A stretch of DNA of 62,577 bases, filler included, from Basidioascus undulatus (Eukaryota), in NCBI GenBank assembly GCA_000826855.1. It is 9 parts of 9 records of this genome, joined end to end, with 100 filler letters (N's around TTAATTAATTAA, not from the genome) between each part and the next. Parts side by side here need not be neighbours in the genome. Positions count along the whole stretch, not along the records: positions 37,351 to 60,170 come from JTLS01000283.1; positions 60,271 to 62,577 come from JTLS01002829.1; 7 more parts are not named here. The stretch is one strand, 5' to 3'. Each line of letters begins with the position of its first letter. The first letter of the stretch is position 1. Under the pieces are notes generated by a model, which worked only from the letters and a program-made list of their open reading frames with translations, made no database searches and was not told the origin of the DNA. A program made the translations under genes and the position numbers. Below, piece after piece: positions 53,809-62,577 of the stretch.

Positions 53809-56800
53809 TCAGACTTTCGAGTGTGCGGCGCCAGGCGGCGTCGAAGCCGTGTCGCTTACCGCGCCAGTGTCCTTCTTCATTTCCACCTGATCCGCATGCT
53901 CGACGTGTTCGATGCGGCCGCGCTTGATCTCGGCGGCCAGATGCTCGAGCTTGCTTCCCTTGAAAGCAGACCCGGTCTTCCAAGCCGGAGTGCCTGACAA
54001 GAAGATCTCCTCGATTTCCTCGACTGCAGCAAGGTCAGGGTGCGTGTAACTGTCAAACGGGACGGCAAAATACGCACGGGTCTTGCCCTTTGTCTCGGGG
54101 ACTACAGGCGTTGAATCTCTCGTCAGAAGATATGCCGGCAAAACAAGGCAGTCGTGTGCGAAAAGAGAATGGACACACAAAGAAAGAAGACGTGGATCGT
54201 CATTGCAGCAGTGAAGCAGCCGAAAATAAAGTAGGTGCGGTATTGAATGTCTAAAACCATCGGGGTTAGCGGTAGGGCATGTACTGGGCTCAATTGAGGG
54301 CGTACTTTTAAACGACGGTGGCACGAAGTAGCTGAGGGCAAAGTTCTAGGCAGGTTCCACTGCGTAAGAAAGTGCGCCCACGGAACTCATTCGTTGGACA
54401 CCCACGAAAATCCAGTTCGAGGCGGTCGCCAAAGCCTGTAGAATATTTTCTTTGTGAGCATTCCTCCGATCGCTATGGGCATTGGCGGTGATGTTACTGA
54501 CGACTCCCTTGCCGCGCACCCGAGACTAAAGCACTGGTTCAGCCAATGTCGCTAAAGCATACCAGATTTTTAGCTCACCGGGAAGATCTCGGAAGGACTG
54601 CAGGGGTACGCTGGTTAGGCACGACTGACAGCGCCATCAGCGAAGGCGACTCACTAGACCCATGAAACCTGAAAGGAGGCTTGTCAGCACACCGCAACAA
54701 GACGAGGAAAGATGCAGTGCAAACTAACCGGACCCCAACTGGAACAATGCTTGTTAGCATACGGCAAGCTCGTCCACATGCACAGTAGACTTACGTTGGG
54801 GCGTAAGATGCCACGAAGAGGAAAGAACACGCAATGATGGCCTTGCTGGGCGCTGAGCCGTCCACTTTCCAAGCAACCGCATCCGGCACTTCCTCGTTGA
54901 GCTGTGCGCTAAGCTCCGCCGAGGTGATCTGTGGAATTGCGCCCATGAACAAGCGTCTGAGATGTCCCATGCTTTACAGCGTACCTTGTGGCCGTAGCTC
55001 GCCATGATGCCACCCACAGCGAAAAGCTAGGTATAATGCGAGCATAGTCAGCATTCGACATCTGGGGACGAAACTTCGTGAACCCTTACCCAGATGGTCA
55101 TGAAGGTCGAGCCAACAAGGAGCGTGGGGCGGCGACCCCACTTGTCCAGCCAGATAAGAGCCGGGACAGTCATCACGACGTTCTGTGACCACGCCAGTTC
55201 AGTATTCCTTTGCAATATACACATAAATCCATCCGTACGATAACGTATTGGATCGAGGAGGAGACGAGGTTCGTATTTCCGCTCAGACCCGCCATCTGCA
55301 GGCGCAACTGGTTAGCTGCGTATCTCTACTTCCCGCCGGAATTTTACCCACCATGAAGACGTAGGTGATATAGTACTGCCCGTGGAGGAAGAAAGTCAGT
55401 TCCTGTCTGTCCCGCGTGCAATGGTCACCGTACCATCATGACGTTCATCCCTGTTCACTCGGTTGTCAGAACATGGATTGGCTACTAAGATGTTGCTGCT
55501 TACCCGTCAGCTGCGACCAGATCTGGAAATAAAAATCAAATGTCATGAGTCGAAGCATTTTGACAGATGAGAATGTGGAACGAACCTGCATCCACATGCC
55601 ACACATCGTGCGGGGCAGCATCTACAGGACACAAAGTCAGGATAACTTCCACTTCGTGTGTTTGCAGTGGCGGCATTGAAAGTGGCGCGACTTACGTCCT
55701 TCTTGAACAGAGCCAGCCATCCCTCTGCATGCGCCTTCTGGAACTCGAGAGATTCTTTGATCTCGAGGAACTCGGCCTGAAACGGTCCCTGCTCAGACCG
55801 TTTCACCTGCGGCCGGGAGGGATTCCGCTGCCTACCTGAGCAATGGGGTGGTCGGGGTCGCCGTGGCCATGAATGAGGCCGAGAATGCGTCTAGCCTGAG
55901 TCCACAATGAATTCAGCTGCATGCTTCGGATAGCATTAATCGTGAATATGAATGAGCTCACATCCTCGTAACGGCCCTTCGAGGCATACCAGCGCGGGCT
56001 TTCCTGTTAATAACGTCACGAAAATCAGCAAATGATGCGCAGGGTCTGGAAGTGTAGTTTTCTTACGGGCATGAAGACTGTCCATGTCGCATGTGTTCAG
56101 AGCGGCGGTAGCGCTAGGCAGCGGCGGCATTGACTTACGCGATGCAAGAAGGAAAATAAAAGCAGGGATCATCTGAAGTCCCCAGGGCACCCTGCAGCGT
56201 TTGAAGTGATGAGAGATAGCGTCAGTCAAATTACAGAGGCAGGGTAGGATGAAACCAACCGGAACGAAGCAACGCCGTCGATGAAGCTGCACCCGTAGGA
56301 AATGTAGTACCTGGATCCCACGGGGGTTTAGTCGTACATCGGGAGAGGGGCGTAAGGCCATATTGTGTTACATTATCATGATACCCCCTGAAACGGGAAA
56401 ACGGTGTAAGCCATTCGGTGCAGGGTGTGTGGTCTGAGCGGATGCGACGTACACGTGATGGCCCATTGCTGGCACCCGACAAGTCGTCCACGGATTTTGC
56501 TGGGAGCCTATCGCGAGATGCCTTTAGCTCGTGGAAGCTTTGGGAGAAAATAGGGGGAGGGGGAGGGGTGGAGAGGGCATGTGCTAAATTCGCAACTCAC
56601 GAGCTCGCTGAGGTAGGTCGTGACCTGTGCGCTACCTGCAAGAAAACCTTCAGCTCACACAGCCTGCTGTGAGAAGTCTTGCTCAATTCACAGATGCCGA
56701 CGCAGATGCCGTTGATGAAACGCCCCACGATAAGCTGTGGGACTAGTTGTCAGATCCGCCCAAGAAAGCGTGCTGGGTGTGACGTGCCATGCCACTGCCA

Positions 56801-57554
56801 CATAACGACGACGCATGAGCTGAGGTACACATATTTGACACGTGCAAGAGGAATCTTACACGTTCTGGGCCGCGCAGCTCAAAATCTACTCCGAGTCAGG
56901 AGTGAGCAATAAGCTACGCCGGTATCAAGACGACTTCGGACGTACCGACCCGACAATCCAGAAGCAGCACCCGATCTGGATGGCGCTCCGGCGTCCGAAT
57001 ATGTCGGTGATCCAACCGGAACCGATGGCACCGACGAAGGAACCGCCCGGCATACTGGCCGTGATGCCTCCGGCCAGATCGCTGCCCACAGCGCCTTCAT
57101 TTTAGCGAGACACGACGAGTTCCAAGCTTTGACAAAGACTTACGCATCTGGATTGTTGAAGTATCTGAGGTACTGCGGCGTCGACACAATAGCACTCATC
57201 GAACTGATGTCCTGTTCAACTCCAAGCAATAAGGTCCCGGTCGGTGTTCCATGCAGAGGAGAATCATACAAATCTGCAGGACAATGTATGCGGTCAGTGT
57301 GGCCGGCGTTGTAGGGCTAACTGTGGCTTACCCGAATAGCAGACCATCCTTGTCGCCCATACCCATCATAGCGTAAGTAGGCGTGGAGATAATGCTATTT
57401 GGCCGCATTGGGGCTCTACTTGCCTATGGTGGCAAGCGCCGCAAGAGCGTAGGGGTTTGTGATGGTATCTGCGGCGCGTGAAGACAGCCACGGACTTCAG
57501 TCACAAACCGTTGACGGCCTTCGCTGGACGCTCAGGCTGGAACTCACAGCCCAT
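53809..57554 (-). CDS. HGT1: HGT1-like high-affinity glucose transporter (sugar porter), 35 exons; apparent +1 frameshift in exon 3
   Basis: GFDISSMS, GGITASMPGGS, FGRR, GRLVGCQQWAITWGIMIMYYISYG, PESPRW, QIWSQLTGMNVMMYYI, TWGPVSWVYPSEIFP, ATASNWIFNFAL, PETKGKTLEEI. Every junction splices in frame except exon 3 (57332-57348). Confidence 0.9.
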
Positions 57555-59874
57555 TGTGCCTTCTAGACAGTATGAAGGCTATTTGATGAAAGGGATAACC
57601 AACGAGGGTTGCGAGTGGTCAAAGATGCTCGTCGAGGTCAAGAAGTGAACGGTAGGCACGGCGTGTTTCCCGGATGCTCCTTGTACGTCCTCTCAACGTG
57701 CATGTTGCACATGATTCGGAAGTGAGACAGTTTTGACATTGAGGGACAGTACTTGGGCCCAAAATAATTAGGAGCTTGTCATGATGTGTACGTGGGCTGT
57801 GGGAAGAAAGCCAACGCACAACGCGTCGCACCGACACGTAGCATGCGTTCGTGCCTCACCGCCACTCAACCCTTTGAATTTTCTGGAAATGTAGTCCCTC
57901 CCCTGAAATATCGCTTTCTGGAACCTTGAAGGGGCCGGAGGGGTGGCTCGGGGGTGGTCGACCAGGTACCACTGCACCTTGCCTCGGAATCGGATCACGA
58001 AACTTTCCAACACTGGGACAAAGGTATCAATCGGCGAAGGTCTGAAATTCATAAGCCCCCTCCAAATCCTCAAGTCCATGCCGGCCACCATGGTTTGGGT
58101 CGCCCCGGGGGCAGTCGAAGTTATGCCGGGGGCGGGTCTTCGAAGTGCTGCAGCTGTGGAGCCGTTTCTTGGCCAAATTCCTCCACGGAAACATCGACAC
58201 CAGTGTGGTCCTCAAACCTCCGCCGAGACTTGGCCAGAAAGACACATGCACTTCCGCCGAATACGGAAGGCACCGGGACCGCCTGTGTGGGACAGATCCC
58301 AACTTGAATTTCTGACAAGTATTGTACTCTACCTTGTCACGCTACTCTCGGTCTGGACTAGCAGCGGTAAAGGGCGCCCATGACCGCCAGCGCTGATGCA
58401 CAGGGATCCGCACCGCACACCTTCTTTACTCCCATATGTTGGCGGAAATGGGACTCTTCATTATGCTCTCCCTTTTTTAGCTTCATTTCCTTTGTAGCTA
58501 GCTCTGTTGGTCCTTCTTTGGCTCGATGCCCTCTGCCAGGGCGCTTATCCCCTTAGCCTCGCGCATCTCTTATCTCCTTCTCCCCTCATGCTTTGCACAC
58601 TGCGGGTGAGCTTTTTCCTCATGTACACACATTCCGTTCTTATGTCTCCTCCTTTGCGTTCTAGTTCTGCTTTCCACATGTAGTTAGAACGCATGTATGC
58701 ATTACACTTTGCACAACACTGAGGGTCTTCTTGCCACAACATGGCCTTCATTGGATTCGAGTTCTGCTTTCATAATTAATGGAGGAAGGGGTGGACGGAG
58801 ATTTAGAAGGAAGACAGCATTGTGATACCAATAGCACGTGTGCTACGCCATGGTAGACTGCACCGCCAGCTTCAGGTTTGCCGAAGGTCAATTGCAGATG
58901 TCAAAGCCCTGCCCCGTCGCATTTCAAACATGGCAGTCATTTGCATACAGAGAAAAACTGCAATAATCAGAAGATCAGTGTTGGGAATCTATCTAGGGCC
59001 CAGTGTAAACGATGCGTTGTAGATGCCACAGCCGGTAGCTATCAGATAGAAGGCGAGCAAAGCTGAGGAGACCGATGCTCGTTTGTAATAACAGCTCGGT
59101 ACGAGGGGGCTTGTGACCATTTCACAGGGCCAAACCTACTATCAGATCAAATGGAGGTGTCATGTAGTGCTATCTGTTTCGCGGCTCTTCCGAGAGGTGA
59201 GAGCCAGCTGCCCGGCCCAAGCTCTCCCTTCGCACCGTCCTTCACAAACGACTTTACCCGCGCCTCGAGCGAGCGAACAGAAGACTTCTTGGTCTTGTAG
59301 TTGGACATGATTCGTCGGTCGTCGCGAATCCACCTGAGCATCGCATCGCAACGCATGCACTTTACTGGACTGTTTCGGCCCCGAAGGCGTTGAGCTCGAC
59401 GGCACCAGAAAATGTCGCGTCCACCTGCCTTTTCCAGCAAAACTGATGCTGATCATCGGTAACGGGTGGGGCGGGCTGTGAAAACAATCACTGACTGTCC
59501 GCGTGCCGGCCCGAATCTGTCAACTCCGAAATTCCCCCGCCAGCCGCGGACCTCGAAGTTTCAAGGTGCACGGGCCAAGCTTTTTCTTGGTTTGCCCCTT
59601 CACAAGGTGCTCTAAATTTGTATAAGCAATCATGTGCGCTTTGCTCACGAGAGCTTCCTGGATAGAGAGTGAGAACATCGTCAACTATGCCACAGGACAC
59701 TGAAGACATTCGGTATTGAGGCTCGCTGTCGCGTACAGGAAATCCGACACAGCCTACAAAACAGTGGTGTCTTTTGGAGACCCAGGGTGGCCCGCGGGGG
59801 GCTCCACCGGGGCCGAGGAGGTCCCACGAAATTAGCATCATTTGTCAGTCGCGTGATCTGGAGACCCTGTGGAC

Positions 59875-60170
59875 CATGTGCAACATGCAGATTCAGGGAC
59901 GCGCGTAAGGAGCATCCGGGAAACACGCCGTGCCCACCACCGTTCGCATCTTGACCTCGACAAGCATCCTTGAACAACCCGACCACTCGTCGCTAATCTC
60001 CCACTGAATCGCATCCATACTTTCTGAGAGTCCGAAATGGGCTGTAAGTTCCCAGGATGGGCTTATAGCGATGGCCGTCAACCGTTTGTGACTTAAGTCC
60101 GTGGCTGTCTTCACGCGCCGCAGATACCATCACAAACCCCTACGCTCTTGCGGCGCTTGCCACCATAGGC
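59875..60170 (+). repeat. Inverted duplicate of 57422-57715 (promoter and first two exons of the HGT1-like gene)
   Basis: 60095-60170 is the exact reverse complement of 57422-57497. Upstream sequence is similar with indels. Confidence 0.93.
60037..60168 (+). CDS. 5' end of second HGT1-like paralog (cut by contig end)
   Basis: ATGGGCT|gtaagt...cag|ATACCATCACAAACCCCTAC...ATAG|gc encodes MGYTITNPYALAALATI, identical to copy 1. Confidence 0.8.
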
Positions 60171-60270
60171 NNNNNNNNNNNNNNNNNNNNNNNNNNNNNN
60201 NNNNNNNNNNNNNNTTAATTAATTAANNNNNNNNNNNNNNNNNNNNNNNNNNNNNNNNNNNNNNNNNNNN
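60171..60270. other. Artificial contig linker
   Basis: N44-TTAATTAATTAA-N44. Confidence 0.98.
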
Positions 60271-62577
60271 CCTCTCTCCCATCCCCATCCCTCTCCCTCT
60301 CCCCGTGCGCCAGATCCTACCCGCGAACGGCGCGTCTCCTCCACGCCGCCCGCGCTCGCCGCCTCCCCTGGGTCCAGACGGCGTGCACGACATTGTGATC
60401 ACGCCGCCCGGCTCGCCCGGGCGCGCGCCCGAGCCGACATGGTCCGTCTACGCGGACGATGCGAGCCTGCTGAATGTGAGCGTGTGCGCGGACACGCACA
60501 GCATCATTGGGCGCGAGCTCGCGGACGCGCTCGTGCAGAGCCGCATGAAGAACCCTGGGCCGGACGGGAACGCGAAGAATGCGGTCAAGGTTGCCCTCGG
60601 CGTCATCTACAAGTCCATCGAGAACGCGCTGGACGGGGAGCTCCGTGCGCTGCCTGTCACGGGCAAGTCGTACTCCAGCAAGCTGGGCTGGGACCCGATC
60701 AGGTGTGCCTTTCCCATTCCATTTTCAGTTCCCAGTTCCCCTTCTCCAACCCGCTGAATAACCCTGCCGAACAGCCAGGAGATCTACGCCCGGCTCGGCT
60801 TCGTCCTAGTGACGGACACAGAGAACCGCCAGGTCCTGACGCCCCCGCACCTGGGACTCGACAAGCCCGATGAGCTCGAGGCGCGCGCACGCCTGTGCAG
60901 GGCGTGGCTCGAGGTCGGGTGCTGGTATGCCGACTGGATTGCGAGCAGTGAGTTGGTTGGGCTAGAAGTAAAAGGTGGAGGGGCGCGACGCTGATAAGGG
61001 TGCGGTGGGGCAGACGAGCTGGGACCGTGGGAGGCGCAGAACTTGACAATTGAGGACGCGGGGGCGAGCGTGCTGGAGATCCTGGGGGGGTCCAAGACCC
61101 AGAGTGCGTTTGTTCTCTCCTTCGACAAGAGACGACATAGAGCGACACCGAACTGATGTGTCCCCAAACCAGTGGCGCGCATCACCCCGCTCTCCAACGC
61201 GCGCCCCGCCGACTTCGCGGTCCTCGGCGCAACACCGGACCTTCCGTCCCGCACGCTGATCGCCGCGTACCACGCACAGCTGCGCTCGGACCCGCTCAAT
61301 GCGTCCGGGTGGTTCTCCTCGCTCTCCTCGCTCGAGCCGCAGATGCCCTACTCGGAGCGCGAGGAGCTGCAAGTCTTCGTGCAGTCCGAGCGGTCCAAGG
61401 GCGCGTACACGGAGGATGAGGTCGTGTCCGCGTACGCGGCGCTTGGGATCAGCGAGTGGGGCGTCCCGTTCGAGAGCGTGAGCGACGAGATGCTCGTTGA
61501 CGCGTGGGAGAACCGCTCGCGCGAGGCGGAGAAGAACGTGCCGCTGTACTCCTGGACGGGCCAGGGAGGGGGCGCGGAGGACGAGCGGGCGAAGCTGAGG
61601 GAGGCGCTGGACGTGCTGGGGAGGAAGAGGCGCAGTGGGGAGATTAGGGAGGCCCTCAAGAGGGGCGTAAGGGAAAAGATGATGAGCTGCGAGGAGGCGC
61701 TCGCGGCGCTCGCTGTGCCTCGGGATGCGGAGGACGACACGATCTTCATGGTCTACGATGTCCGGGTGCGTTTTCCTTTTTTTTCCTTTGTTTTTCTCAC
61801 TCTCTTTTCCTCTTCTCCGAAGCGAAGGCAGCACGCTGAACCATAAGGGAGCGTTACGCGCACGGGGGGAAACAGATGATGGATCAGCCCGGGCAGGAAG
61901 AGAAGTGGAAGGCGGCCGTCGCGGCAATCGCGAAGGACCGCGGGAGCGCGCGCCTCCAGCGCTTTGTGGAGACTGGCGAGCGGGGTGCGTGGTGGCTGTG
62001 CGCGCGCGGCAGGGGGACAACGGGCGGGATGCTGATGCTGTGCTTGAACGGGACGGGAGCAGATCTCGATGCTGCGGCGGGGAACGTTGTGTCCGAGGAC
62101 AAGCCCGTGGGGCTCAACAACATCGGCAACACGTGGTGCGTCTTTGGCCGATGGTCAGACAGAAGTGGGAAAGTAACTCAGAAAATACGGATGGACAGCT
62201 ACCTCAACTCGCTCCTCCAGTACTTCTTCACGATTCGCGAGCTCCGCGAAACGATTCTCGAGGTGGAGAAGTACGAGGAGGACCCTCACGCGCCGGACGC
62301 AGACGCGCGCCTCGCGCTGAAGCGCGTGGGCGGGCGGGCCGTCTCGCGCAGGGAGATCGAGCGGAGCAAGGAGTGTGGGTCATTTGCTCGCCTGCTTTCT
62401 GTTCAGGACTTGCTAACGTTTGGGATGGAATGGGCTGGATAATCAGTCGTGCAACGCCTGTCTGGCCTCTACCAGCAGCTCGTGTGGAGCAACGACCCGG
62501 CCGTCACGCCCGAGCTCGACCTCGCGTACCTCTCGCTCGTCACGACCAAGGACGAGGAGGCGGGCGAGGGCGAGGGC
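60271..62577 (+). CDS. UBP2: Ubiquitin-specific protease Ubp2-like (internal fragment)
   Basis: Cys box KPVGLNNIGNTC|YLNSLLQYFFTI, VGGRAVSRREIERS, VTPELDLAYLSL, and upstream RPT-like repeats (AYAALGI; EEALAALAVPRDAEDDTI). Confidence 0.88.

Noticed and set aside
48624..60170. KRE6 plus sugar transporters as a metabolic gene cluster
   Set aside because: Adjacency of common gene families only; no pathway enzyme or regulator supports a cluster.

Overview
Eukaryotic, intron-rich fungal DNA: basidiomycete-type GTGCGT/GTGAGT donors and GCTGAC branch points; Pucciniomycotina-like by inference. The window is not one locus. It is nine contigs (about 22.8 kb or about 2.3 kb each) joined by artificial 100-nt N44-TTAATTAATTAA-N44 linkers, and one contig starts with an Illumina adapter remnant. 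Manual splicing shows GC-rich housekeeping genes (NoxA, ETT1/Nro1-like, mitochondrial Lon, FAP1/NF-X1, PP1, LEO1, UPS2, MTR10, UBP2). Between them lie visibly lower-GC blocks with three extremely intron-dense genes: a sugar porter (26 introns), an HGT1-like transporter (34) and a KRE6/SKN1 gene (about 30), with 4-7-nt micro-exons and GC-AG introns. Mostly in these blocks are many decayed genes (F-box/LRR, DUF7918-like, MYND, RNase III, Mug135-like), and a short contig carries an internally deleted PDR ABC transporter. Best leads: the two-compartment gene architecture, a head-to-head inverted duplicate of the HGT1-like gene, two apparent non-GT/GC splice donors in otherwise intact genes, and a small secreted protein with a Kex2 site and an NLS-like tail. 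I found no tRNA, rRNA, CRISPR array or intact transposon, and no clearly new molecular system is demonstrable from sequence alone.
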